Origin: an uncultured delta proteobacterium
GTDB lineage: Bacteria > Desulfobacterota > Binatia > Binatales > Binataceae
DNA length: 64,000 nt
NCBI GenBank assembly: GCA_963808235.1
Contig: CAWEEQ010000004.1
Location: 2,624,001-2,688,000, forward strand
Direction: 5' to 3'
Shown: positions 28,451-37,276 of the stretch, piece after piece
Numbering within the stretch: the stretch's first letter is position 1
Layout of the letters: every line of letters starts with the position of its first letter
Position numbers and translations under genes: made by a program
The notes under the pieces: model-generated
The model's database searches: none
What the model saw: only the letters and a program-made list of their open reading frames with translations
Told to the model about the DNA's origin: nothing

Positions 28451-29393
28451 GCTGCGCGCAGCCGTAGTCGGAGCAGGCCGCCTGGGCACGCTTCACGCGC
28501 GCAAGTACGCCGCGGTTGAGGGCATCAAGCTCACGCACATAGTTGACCTCGACGAAGGACGCGCACAGAGTGTCGCGTCGGAACTCGGGGCGACGCCGCT
28601 CGCCGATTATCGGTTGCTCGCGGGCAAAGTCGATCTTGTTACGGTGGCGTCGCCGGGCGTGACGCATCATGAGATCGCGTCGGCGATGCTGAAATCCGGA
28701 ATCGACGTGCTGCTCGAGAAGCCGATGGCGGAGACGCTGGCGCAGGCCCGCGAACTCGCGAAATTGGCGTCAGCGAGCGGGCGTATTCTTCAAATCGGGC
28801 ATCTCGAACGATTCAATCCGGCAGTCGTTCATCTGCATTCGATCGTGAAAAATCCGCGCTTCGTCGAATGCCATCGGCTGGCGCCGTTCACCGAGCGCGG
28901 CACCGACGTGGATGTCGTGCTCGATCTGATGGTGCACGATCTCGACGTGATCATGTCGGTCGCGCCGTCGGAAGTCGCCTCGCTGGAAGCTATCGGGGTC
29001 GCGATTCTCACCGATCGAATCGATCTCGCCAACGCGCGCATCCGCTTCCAGAGCGGGCTTATCGCCAACCTGGTGACGAGCCGCGTTTCCGCGCGGCGCG
29101 AGCGCAAGATTCGCTTCTTCCAGCCCGACGCGTATATCTCGGTGGATTACGAAGCGCGCAGCATCCAGCTTTATCGCAAGACTCCCGCCGCGCGCGGCGC
29201 GAACTTCCCGACTATTTCCGCGGAGCAGATAGAACTCGGCGAGGGCGATCCGCTCGCCGACGAGGTAAATGCGTTCGTCGATGCGGTGCGGCGCCGCTCC
29301 AAGCCCGCAGTCAGCGCCGAGGACGGGCTGCGGGTGATGGAACTAAGCGAGCGAATCAAGGACGTAATGCTGACCGACGCGATCGCGACTTGA
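28443..29393 (+). CDS. Gfo/Idh/MocA oxidoreductase (GnnA-like UDP-GlcNAc 3-dehydrogenase)
   Basis: VVGAGRLG, EKP, GHLERFNP and DLMVHD motifs; located between lpxI and lpxB. Confidence 0.85.
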   Translation: MRELRAAVVGAGRLGTLHARKYAAVEGIKLTHIVDLDEGRAQSVASELGATPLADYRLLAGKVDLVTVASPGVTHHEIASAMLKSGIDVLLEKPMAETLAQARELAKLASASGRILQIGHLERFNPAVVHLHSIVKNPRFVECHRLAPFTERGTDVDVVLDLMVHDLDVIMSVAPSEVASLEAIGVAILTDRIDLANARIRFQSGLIANLVTSRVSARRERKIRFFQPDAYISVDYEARSIQLYRKTPAARGANFPTISAEQIELGEGDPLADEVNAFVDAVRRRSKPAVSAEDGLRVMELSERIKDVMLTDAIAT

Positions 29394-29442
29394 CGCCTCC
29401 TTCCGGCTGCGCCAGCATTGACGTGGAGCTCCTGTTGAAAAA

Positions 29443-29889
29443 ATGCGTTCGACGAAATTCAAAATACTAGGCGGCGTCGTGCTCGCGGTGGGCGTGGGAT
29501 TCTTAGTCTTCACCTCGAGTTCAAACTGCCGGATGGTGACCGGCCGCGAGGCGGTCGACGTCAACGTATCCGCGATGCGTCCGGGAAGCGCGCAACTGTT
29601 TTGCTACACGGACGACGCGGGCAAAAGACTTCGCTTCGTGCTCGCGCGCGGCACCGACGGCAAAGTGCGCACCGTGTTCGACGCGTGCCGGCAATGCTTC
29701 ACGTTCCATCGCGGGTACCAGGTGGTGGGCGGCGAACTAATCTGCCGGGTATGCGGCAACCACTACCGCATCGATCGAATGGCCGAGGGCAAAGCGTCGT
29801 GCGTGCCGGCAAGCCTGCCGCATGAAGACGGGTCGGGGGTGGTGAGAATCAAGACCTCGGACTTGCAAGCCGGGCACGCGCTCTTCTAA
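29443..29889 (+). CDS. DUF2318-like membrane-anchored Cys-rich (putative Fe-S/metal) protein
   Basis: N-terminal TM; FDACRQC...YQVVGGELICRVCG...C. Confidence 0.8.
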   Translation: MRSTKFKILGGVVLAVGVGFLVFTSSSNCRMVTGREAVDVNVSAMRPGSAQLFCYTDDAGKRLRFVLARGTDGKVRTVFDACRQCFTFHRGYQVVGGELICRVCGNHYRIDRMAEGKASCVPASLPHEDGSGVVRIKTSDLQAGHALF

Positions 29890-29897
29890 GCAAATCC

Positions 29898-30509
29898 ATG
29901 AATCAAGGCCGCACCAGTCGTGTTCGCGGACGAGTCTTCTCGATCGTCGCCGTGGCGTTTCTGGTTGTTTTCTCGGCATGCAATCGGGAGGCGGCCGGCG
30001 ATTATCCGGCGGCGAACGGGAATAATTGCCTGCCCGATGTGAGTCTGATCGATCAGCACGGGAGTACTGTTTCGCTGGCCTCGCTGAAGGGCAAACCGGT
30101 GCTGATCGATTTCATCTACACGTCTTGCGCGTCGACCTGCCCGGTACTGACGGCGAAGATGGTGTCCGTGGCGCGCCAACTCGGCCCCGCTCTGGGAGCC
30201 AACGTGACGATTGTTTCGATTACGCTCGATCCCGAGCACGACGGTCCCGCGCAACTCGCGAGCTATGCGAAATCGCAAGGCGCCGACGCTCGTGGGTGGC
30301 TGTTTCTGACCGGCAAGCCCGCCCAAGTCGACCAGGTGCTCGCGCTGTTCAAGCTGCGGCGGATGCGCGAGAGCGACGGATCGATCACGCATTCGGTGTC
30401 GGCATTCCTGCTCGGTCCCGACGGCCACCAGGTTCGCCAGTACAATGCACTCAACGTCAACGCGAGCGCGGTAGTCGGCGATATCGATCGCTCGCGCGGC
30501 AAGAGTTAA
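29898..30509 (+). CDS. SCO family copper chaperone (lipoprotein)
   Basis: FIYTSCASTC (CxxxC), DPEHD and distal His; lipobox-like VFSAC. Confidence 0.9.
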   Translation: MNQGRTSRVRGRVFSIVAVAFLVVFSACNREAAGDYPAANGNNCLPDVSLIDQHGSTVSLASLKGKPVLIDFIYTSCASTCPVLTAKMVSVARQLGPALGANVTIVSITLDPEHDGPAQLASYAKSQGADARGWLFLTGKPAQVDQVLALFKLRRMRESDGSITHSVSAFLLGPDGHQVRQYNALNVNASAVVGDIDRSRGKS

Positions 30510-30512
30510 CCG

Positions 30513-30833
30513 ATGGCAACCTCGCTGGGAATCGATCGGCTCTCTATTCGTCAACTTGCCGGCGCGATGGCGCTGGTGATGATGATTGCGAGTCTGCCGG
30601 CGATCGGCGTGATCGTCATTGCCGATCGTGCGGGGCCAACTATATCGCTCGACATCTGTCATCCGCTGCAATCGCTCGACGCGTCACCAGGCGCCGTGTC
30701 GATCGCGCGCCCCGCGCAGCCGGAGATTGGCATCCAGATTCTTGCGCATGAGGCATTTGCCCAGTTTGTTCCCATTGCGAAGAGTAAATTCGCCGAGACT
30801 CCCGATCCGCCTCCGCCCAAGTCGCTCTGCTAG
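30513..30833 (+). CDS. Small membrane-targeted leader-like protein with C-terminal polyproline (CutF/CruR-like), copy 1
   Basis: Hydrophobic N-terminus, DICHP and C-terminal TPDPPPPKSLC; paralog of 33227-33541. Confidence 0.7.
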   Translation: MATSLGIDRLSIRQLAGAMALVMMIASLPAIGVIVIADRAGPTISLDICHPLQSLDASPGAVSIARPAQPEIGIQILAHEAFAQFVPIAKSKFAETPDPPPPKSLC

Positions 30834-30870
30834 ACGGACACCCTTACATTTTTTCGCAGATAGACGATTG

Positions 30871-30926
30871 CTCGCGGACCTCGACGGTTCGCGAGAGCAG
30901 GATACGGCCCGAGCTGGCCGCGGTGG
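30871..30926 (+). promoter_or_regulatory. Hairpins in the leader-to-OMP spacer 1
   Basis: Stem 30871-30880/30886-30895 and CGGCC/GGCCG 30905-30920, adjacent to a GGTGG SD. Confidence 0.5.
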
Positions 30927-30932
30927 ATGCTT

Positions 30933-31901
30933 ATGCGGAGGAATTTTGTTTTTGCGTTGATAGCCGTGCTGGTGTTGCGCGCGAGCGCGGCATCCGCGCA
31001 CGGAGTTGTGGGAGACTACGTGTTCCTTGAGCCGCTGGTGGCCGAGGATCCCACTCCCGCCAATGAGCTGGACATCCTGGCGCCATCGTGGGTCAGAAGC
31101 AGCGACGCTAATGACTACTCGATCGGATTCTCGGGCGAGAAAGTTCTTTGGATCGACGACAACTACATGCCGACATTCAGCCTGGCGGCCGGTACGGCGT
31201 GGCATCATGTTTCGCCGTTTAACATCTCTGTGCCGCGATCACGGGTCCTCGGAACGCTCGCCCCACTGCACACACCCAGCCACGAAGGAGTTGATAATCC
31301 GGAGGTAGCCGCAAAATGGGCCTTCTTCTATTCGCTGCCACATGAGTTTCTGACCTCGGTAGCATTGGTAGCCGACTTGCCGGTGGGCAACAGCGCGATC
31401 CGGAATCAGAGCCACACGAGCCTAGGTCCGGAACTGCTTATGGAAAAGGGTCTCGGCGACCTTCCCAATATGCCGGTGCTGAAATATCTTCGGCCGCTGG
31501 GACTCCAGGGCAACGTCGGTTATTTGCCGGCACTAGGCGGGCAGACCAGTCATGACCTGTTTGCCAATGCTGTGATTGAGTATTCGCTCCCGTACCTGAG
31601 CAACAATGTTCAGGATATTGGACTCAAGTGGCCGCTCCGCAACCTCTACCCGTTCGTGGAAATCAACTACGATCAACTGGTCAAAGGACCATCGGGCCAG
31701 ACATTCCCCTCGATCCTGGCGACCCCCGGCATCGCGTACGTCAGCTATCACTTCGAACTGAGCCTTGGCACTCAGTTCGCGCTCAACGACGCAGCCCGAC
31801 CCGGCACCCATGCCGCGGTGCTTGGTCTGCTGGACATTTTTTACGATTCGTTTTTCCCGAAATGGGGCAACTGGACTATCAATCGAGGACCCGGCCAATG
31901 A
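30933..31901 (+). CDS. Putative outer-membrane beta-barrel protein with mature N-terminal His
   Basis: Signal peptide ASA|HGVVGD, amphipathic beta-strand pattern, translationally coupled to copC. Confidence 0.65.
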   Translation: MRRNFVFALIAVLVLRASAASAHGVVGDYVFLEPLVAEDPTPANELDILAPSWVRSSDANDYSIGFSGEKVLWIDDNYMPTFSLAAGTAWHHVSPFNISVPRSRVLGTLAPLHTPSHEGVDNPEVAAKWAFFYSLPHEFLTSVALVADLPVGNSAIRNQSHTSLGPELLMEKGLGDLPNMPVLKYLRPLGLQGNVGYLPALGGQTSHDLFANAVIEYSLPYLSNNVQDIGLKWPLRNLYPFVEINYDQLVKGPSGQTFPSILATPGIAYVSYHFELSLGTQFALNDAARPGTHAAVLGLLDIFYDSFFPKWGNWTINRGPGQ

Positions 31902-32278
31902 AGACTTCGAAAATGTGCGTATCGGGTGCGGCGCTAGTTGCTATTGGGATGAGCTTTGCGATCGTGGCGTGGGCACATTCGTTTCCCGAGTCGGAGACTC
32001 CGTCGGCGGGACAAACGGTCGCATCCGCTCCCGCCGAGATAACGATCAACTTCGACGCTCCGATAGAGAAGCTGTTCGCCAAGCTGGAAGTGACCGGCGC
32101 CGACGGCAAGAACGAAGCGGCCGGCGCTCCGCAGATCAGCGACGACGGACGGCGGATGTCGGTGAAGGTCAACGCGCTCAAACCCGGCGACTACGCGGTC
32201 AAGTGGGCCGTCGTAGGTATCGATACGCATCATACGCAAGGCTCGTACACGTTCGCGATCGCAAGCGGAGGATCGTGA
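31898..32278 (+). CDS. copC: Periplasmic copper-binding protein CopC
   Basis: AWA|HSFP.SETP, YAVKW.VV..DTHH..GSY.F. Confidence 0.9.
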   Translation: MKTSKMCVSGAALVAIGMSFAIVAWAHSFPESETPSAGQTVASAPAEITINFDAPIEKLFAKLEVTGADGKNEAAGAPQISDDGRRMSVKVNALKPGDYAVKWAVVGIDTHHTQGSYTFAIASGGS

Positions 32279-33141
32279 TCGAACCAGCGGTAATTCTGGC
32301 CTGGCCATTGATCACGGCCCAGATCGTGATTTTTGGAACTGCGGCTTTTGCGCTGATGACATCACCTGGCGAGGTCCCGGGCGGCGATGGACCGACCCAC
32401 GCCCTCATCGTGCTATGGCGCGGACTGGCGCTTGCGATTCTTGCAATTTCGCCGGTGAGGTTCCTGGCCGTGGCGGCCGGCATGGCCGACACTACGTTGA
32501 AGGAAGCCATTCCATTTGTGCCGCAGATAATGCGCGAAACATTCGCCGGGCGGGTGTGGGCATGGCGACTCGGCGTCGACGCGATTCTGGCGATTGCGGC
32601 GTGGCTTCCAGCGCGTCGGAAGCTCCCGGTTCTGATCTCCGCGATTTCGTGCGCACTGCTCCTATTCCAGAGCGTCACGAGTCACGCGGTGGATAGCGGC
32701 GCGTACGCGATCGCAATTGTATTCATTCATCAGGTTGCCGCGGGCTTGTGGATCGGAGCGCTGGTAACCTTGCTGGTTGGAGCAACCTTCGGCCGCGCGG
32801 GCGCCGAGTGGCTCAAGTGGGCTTCGGGGCGAGTGTCAACGACTGCGGGATGGTCGGTAGCGGCGCTTGCCATCACCGGCGCGATCAGGGCGTGGTACGC
32901 GCTCGGACTGCGCTACGACCTGCTGGTGTATTCGCTCTACGGCCGCACCCTGCTCTGGAAGCTCGCGACCGCGGCAACGGTGATTCTGATCGGCGGATAC
33001 AACCGCTATCGCCTGGTGCCGGCAGTGGGCGAAGCGTCGGCGCGCACGACGCTGATTCATAATGTCACCCTGGAATGCCTGCTGCTGGCCGCGGTTCTCG
33101 GTTGGTCCGCGCTGCTGGCCAACACGCCGCCGCCGCATTGA
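32275..33141 (+). CDS. copD: Copper uptake membrane protein CopD
   Basis: TSHA, HQVAAGLWIG and YGRTLL.K...GGYNR motifs. GTG start overlaps the copC stop. Confidence 0.88.
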   Translation: MIEPAVILAWPLITAQIVIFGTAAFALMTSPGEVPGGDGPTHALIVLWRGLALAILAISPVRFLAVAAGMADTTLKEAIPFVPQIMRETFAGRVWAWRLGVDAILAIAAWLPARRKLPVLISAISCALLLFQSVTSHAVDSGAYAIAIVFIHQVAAGLWIGALVTLLVGATFGRAGAEWLKWASGRVSTTAGWSVAALAITGAIRAWYALGLRYDLLVYSLYGRTLLWKLATAATVILIGGYNRYRLVPAVGEASARTTLIHNVTLECLLLAAVLGWSALLANTPPPH

Positions 33142-33185
33142 CGAAAGTTTTGCGCCAGGCACCGCGATCGCGATGCCAATGGACA

Positions 33186-33214
33186 TTGAACTCGGGGGAC
33201 GGTTACTTTAGAAC
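33186..33214 (+). promoter_or_regulatory. Possible internal sigma70 promoter for the second module
   Basis: TTGAAC-N17-TAGAAC. Confidence 0.3.
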
Positions 33215-33226
33215 GGTAACTGCGCT

Positions 33227-33541
33227 ATGAGGCAATTCTTTTCAAAGGCGGACTTGCGGGACCTGAGTTTGGTCATGGCCATAGTGATGCTGTTGGCCAG
33301 CATCCCCGTGACTGAGGGGTTCGTCGTCGTCTCGAGGCCGAGCGGACCAGAATTGACCGCCAACATTTGCCAGCCGATTCAAATGTTCGACCGCGCGTCG
33401 AACACGTTGCTCGCGCGCCCCGCGGCCGTCGCGCCGGAGGTCGTTCTCTGCGATCTGGGCCCGGCCGCGATAAAGGAGACGGTGCGATTGGTCGACATCA
33501 AGATCGCTCCCGACACTCCGCCCCCAAAGAGCCTCGTCTAA
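33227..33541 (+). CDS. Small membrane-targeted leader-like protein with C-terminal polyproline, copy 2
   Basis: Hydrophobic N-terminus, NICQP and C-terminal APDTPPPKSLV. Confidence 0.7.
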   Translation: MRQFFSKADLRDLSLVMAIVMLLASIPVTEGFVVVSRPSGPELTANICQPIQMFDRASNTLLARPAAVAPEVVLCDLGPAAIKETVRLVDIKIAPDTPPPKSLV

Positions 33542-33572
33542 GAACTCTCGACAACGTTTCCTCTGATAGCCA

Positions 33573-33643
33573 CGCTGCGAACCTCGCGGCGGAAGGCGTT
33601 TTCTCTGAGGCAAGCGGCGCGCCGCAAGGTGTCCGCTGGGAGA
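33573..33643 (+). promoter_or_regulatory. Hairpins and anti-SD in the leader-to-OMP spacer 2
   Basis: Stem 33573-33591; GCAA-tetraloop hairpin 33613-33637 abutting a GGGAGA SD; TCTCT 33602-33606 is complementary to the SD. Confidence 0.5.
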
Positions 33644-33649
33644 TGTTCT

Positions 33650-34612
33650 ATGCGACGGAGTTATTGGGTTGCCCTGTTGGCAGGAGCGGCCGTTTTTCTG
33701 ATCGGCCTGACGCCCGATCTGAGCTGGGCCTGCGCTTGTGGATGTGGAGTCTACGAAGTCGGTACCGCAGCGTTGTTTCCGACCGACCACGGCGGAACGG
33801 TCTGGTTGGAGTATGACTACCAGGATCAGTACCTGAACTGGCATGCGACCCAAATCGCCTCAGGGGCCAAGAATGGCGACAAGAGAATCCGGACGCACTT
33901 TCTGACTCTCGGTGGTCAGTACATGTTCAACCGGAGTTGGGGAGTGCAGCTGGAGCTCCCGTACGCGTTTCGCTACTTCAAATCGACCAACGACGCCGGC
34001 CAGATTTTCGGGACCAACTTCAACACCATCGGGGACATCCGTATCCAAGGAATGTACACCGGGCTCTCGGAAGACATGTCGACGGGGCTGATGGCCGGCG
34101 CGAAGTTCCCGAGCGGATGGTGGACTTATCCGCATGCCGATCGAGACACCCAGATTGGCTCGGGGAGCACCGATCTACTGCTCTCGGCTTACCATCTCGG
34201 AACGTTTCCAACCCATGTTGGGAAGCTGCCGCTGACGTTCAGGGATCGCCCTTTCAACTGGTTTGTGCAGGCGTACGAGGATTTCCCGGTTTTCACGCAA
34301 GACCACTATACCCCGGGAAGGGAATTCGACTCGGCGCTGGGGGTCTACTACAACTTCGGCACGGTTGGCCCTTTGAAGGAACTCGCGCCGATGCTGACCT
34401 TTCTCGCTTCCGACCGCGCGCGTGACCAAGGCGCCTCTGCCAATCATGAGAACAGCGGCTATACGCGCTTTCTCATTGCTCCTGGAGCCGAGATCAAACT
34501 CGGAATCTTGCGACTATACGGAGACGTCGAGGTCCCGTTTTTTCAAAATATGATTGGTAATCAGATAACCGCGCCGCTCCTGTTCAAGACCATTGTAAGC
34601 TACGACTTCTAG
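33650..34612 (+). CDS. Putative outer-membrane beta-barrel transporter with mature N-terminal CACGC motif
   Basis: SWA|CACGC, GDI/PSG/GSGSTD pattern of MetA-pathway-like barrels, C-terminal YDF. Confidence 0.7.
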   Translation: MRRSYWVALLAGAAVFLIGLTPDLSWACACGCGVYEVGTAALFPTDHGGTVWLEYDYQDQYLNWHATQIASGAKNGDKRIRTHFLTLGGQYMFNRSWGVQLELPYAFRYFKSTNDAGQIFGTNFNTIGDIRIQGMYTGLSEDMSTGLMAGAKFPSGWWTYPHADRDTQIGSGSTDLLLSAYHLGTFPTHVGKLPLTFRDRPFNWFVQAYEDFPVFTQDHYTPGREFDSALGVYYNFGTVGPLKELAPMLTFLASDRARDQGASANHENSGYTRFLIAPGAEIKLGILRLYGDVEVPFFQNMIGNQITAPLLFKTIVSYDF

Positions 34613-34621
34613 GAGCATCAG

Positions 34622-35155
34622 ATGCGCTCAAAAATGTCCTGGTTCGCCGCAGTTGTTGCCGGGATCCTTGCGTTTGCCGGTTCCAGCACTTTCGCGCGCG
34701 CGGCCACCGATGTCGGTCAGCCCGCGCCCGCGCTGGTCGTGCCGGAACTGGACGGCCAGGCGTTTGACCTAAGTGCGATGCGCGGGAAGGTCGTAATCGT
34801 CAATTTCTGGGCCACCTGGTGTCCTCCCTGCCGCGAGGAGATGCCGGCCCTCGACAGTTTCTATCGGCGCTATCATGGTCAGGGGCTTGAAATGATCGGT
34901 CTCAGCTCCGACCGCCCGCACAATCGGTCCGACGTGACCAAGGTCATGCAATCATTCAGCTATCCGGCGGCGATGCTGGATGACGCCAAGGTCAACGAGT
35001 TCGGCACATCCAGCGTTCTGCCGATCACCGTCATCGTGGATAGAAATGGCGTGGTGCGCGCGAAGCTTACCCCCGATCAAACCCCGGTTACCGAGAAGAG
35101 TCTATCCGACGCGGTGCTACCGCTGCTGGCGCAAAGTTCGGCGGCGAATCCTTAG
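34622..35155 (+). CDS. TlpA-family thiol:disulfide oxidoreductase
   Basis: Signal peptide and NFWATWCPPC. Confidence 0.92.
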   Translation: MRSKMSWFAAVVAGILAFAGSSTFARAATDVGQPAPALVVPELDGQAFDLSAMRGKVVIVNFWATWCPPCREEMPALDSFYRRYHGQGLEMIGLSSDRPHNRSDVTKVMQSFSYPAAMLDDAKVNEFGTSSVLPITVIVDRNGVVRAKLTPDQTPVTEKSLSDAVLPLLAQSSAANP

Positions 35156-35162
35156 GCTCCCA

Positions 35163-35492
35163 ATGAAGACCTTCGCCTTACTCGCGATCATTCTGATGGC
35201 TGGATGCTCAGCCGCGAACACTCACACCGGTGATATGGATCCGAGGCTCGCTGACCTGGAAGCACAGAGGCAGACGATCGCCGGGCGCGAGAAAAAGTGC
35301 ATCGACGAAACGCAGGCGCGTAGCCATGATCAAGTGGAGCGCGATCGGGAAGTTTTGGAATGCCACGCGACGGCGCATCACGAAAACGCCGAAATCTCCG
35401 AGCAAGAGCGCAAAGAATATGAGCTTCAGGCGCAGGAGGAGAGGCATCGTGCTTCCCTTATGGCGATTCTTACGACCTCTCAGCCACGCTGA
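35163..35492 (+). CDS. Small helical lipoprotein, unknown function
   Basis: MKTFALLAIILMAG|C lipobox, two further Cys residues, coiled-coil character. Confidence 0.65.
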   Translation: MKTFALLAIILMAGCSAANTHTGDMDPRLADLEAQRQTIAGREKKCIDETQARSHDQVERDREVLECHATAHHENAEISEQERKEYELQAQEERHRASLMAILTTSQPR

Positions 35493-35497
35493 GGACT

Positions 35498-36139
35498 ATG
35501 AATGGAAGTAGAATGGATTCGAGTCGAACTGCAGCCGATCTTGTTCATATGACTTCAACAGTGTCGATCGCCAGTACTGATTCGGCGCGCATCCCACAGG
35601 GAGGGGGTCTCGGAATGCAGGTTCTGCGCGATCTCGGTGGGGTCGCGCTGCTCGCAATCGCGTCGCTCGCGGCTGGACTCGTGATTAACCGGTTTTCACA
35701 CGGCCCGCTTCCAGTCGTGTATCAGACGCCAGAGGAGCGGTTCGATGCCGAGCTGACGACTCTGGTCGCGGCGCCGCCGTTTAAGATCGCGCCCGCGGCA
35801 ACGGTCGGACTCGATGAATTCCGCAAGGCCGTCGAAAGCAAGAGTGCGCTCATCCTGGATGCGCGCCCGTCCGTGTTCTTCGAACAGGGACACGTCCCGG
35901 GGGCGCTCAATCTCGCGCGAGACGACTTCGCGCGCGACTATCGGAACTTGGCTGGCGTGCTGCAGGCCGCCCATGACAAACCGATCGTCGTGTATTGCTC
36001 CGGTGGCGACTGTCATGACAGCCGGCTGGTTGCGAACGCGCTGCTGAGTCTCGGCATCAACAATGTGACGATCTTCACCGGGGGTTGGAATGAGTGGTCG
36101 GCGGCCGGACTGCCGGCATCGACGGGGAGCGGACCATGA
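35498..36139 (+). CDS. Membrane-anchored rhodanese-like domain protein
   Basis: LDAR...F..GHVPGA, YCSGGDCHDS and GGWNEW motifs. A better start may be ATG 35615. Confidence 0.88.
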   Translation: MNGSRMDSSRTAADLVHMTSTVSIASTDSARIPQGGGLGMQVLRDLGGVALLAIASLAAGLVINRFSHGPLPVVYQTPEERFDAELTTLVAAPPFKIAPAATVGLDEFRKAVESKSALILDARPSVFFEQGHVPGALNLARDDFARDYRNLAGVLQAAHDKPIVVYCSGGDCHDSRLVANALLSLGINNVTIFTGGWNEWSAAGLPASTGSGP

Positions 36140-36624
36140 TGACGCTCGACAGCTCGCGCCGCTACGTCGTGTTGGCGATCAGCGCGGTGCTGGCCGGCGT
36201 GTTCATCTACGCGGGCATCGATAAGATTCGCGACCCGCTGCAGTTTGCGGATAGTATCGCGGCATTCGCGATCCTGCCGGTCGTGTTGATCAACCTGCCT
36301 GCGATCGGGTTGCCACCATTCGAGATAGGTTGCGCGCTCCTGTTGCTTCCGCCGGCGACCAGGCGGATCGGTGCGCTCGCCGTGGCTCTTCTGTCCGTCG
36401 TTTTCATGATCGCCCTGTCGTCCGCACTGCGTCGAGGTCTCACGCTCGACTGCGGATGTTTCGGGACCGGCGCGCCGTCGCGGCCGAGAATGTGGTTGGA
36501 GCTGGCGCTGGACGCAGGTTTGTTCGCGGGCGCGGTGTTCGTCTATTTGAGCTCGATCGCCCGCCTCTCCGCGCGGACGCCGTCTCTCTCTTCTTCACCG
36601 CAGCCTCAGGTTACAAACGAGTGA
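36136..36624 (+). CDS. MauE/DoxX-family redox membrane protein
   Basis: GVFIYAG..K and GLTLDCGCFG motifs. Confidence 0.88.
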   Translation: MMTLDSSRRYVVLAISAVLAGVFIYAGIDKIRDPLQFADSIAAFAILPVVLINLPAIGLPPFEIGCALLLLPPATRRIGALAVALLSVVFMIALSSALRRGLTLDCGCFGTGAPSRPRMWLELALDAGLFAGAVFVYLSSIARLSARTPSLSSSPQPQVTNE

Positions 36625-36654
36625 CCGGCGACAACAACAATCCAAATATCAGGA

Positions 36655-37266
36655 ATGGATGCAAATATGAGTATTCATCGTAGTCTCAGATCTCTAGCTA
36701 TCGTCGCAGCAATAACGTCGAGCCTGCTCGCGGTGACTGGATGCCATCGCGGCGCCGCCGCGGATGACGCGGCCGCCTCGAACTGCCTCACGGACACCAG
36801 CCTCATCGATCAGAATGGCGACAAGGTCTCGCTCGCGTCGCTCAAGGGCAAGCCGCTGGTGGTGGATTTCATCTATACGTCGTGTCCGGGGCCGTGCCTG
36901 ATGGAGACGGCGAAGCTGGCCAACGTCGCGCTTCGATTGGGAAGCGATCTCGGTTCAAAGGTCATGATCGTTTCGATCAGCGTCGATCCCGAGCATGACG
37001 GGCCCAAACAATTGCTCGCTTACTCGCGTCAGCAGGGCGCGGACGAGAAGGGCTGGTATTTCCTGACCGGAGGTCCCGGCGACGTCGACAAAGCGCTGGC
37101 GGGTTTCAAGCTCAGCAGGCAAATCGAACCCGATGGCTCGGTCGGGCACCTGGTCGATATGATGCTTATCGGACCCGACGGGCGGCTGGTTCATGAATAC
37201 AACGGCGAAGTCGTAAAAGCTCAGACTATCGTCGATGATGTCAGGAAGACCCTGAACAAGAGTTGA
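36655..37266 (+). CDS. SCO family copper chaperone (lipoprotein), second copy
   Basis: FIYTSCPGPC, DPEHD and GH; lipobox VTGC. Confidence 0.9.
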   Translation: MDANMSIHRSLRSLAIVAAITSSLLAVTGCHRGAAADDAAASNCLTDTSLIDQNGDKVSLASLKGKPLVVDFIYTSCPGPCLMETAKLANVALRLGSDLGSKVMIVSISVDPEHDGPKQLLAYSRQQGADEKGWYFLTGGPGDVDKALAGFKLSRQIEPDGSVGHLVDMMLIGPDGRLVHEYNGEVVKAQTIVDDVRKTLNKS

Positions 37267-37276
37267 AGGGTGCAGC

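Noticed and set aside
36136-36624. Methylamine dehydrogenase (mau) operon
   Set aside because: Only a MauE-like gene is present; there are no mauA, mauB, mauD or mauG genes in the window.
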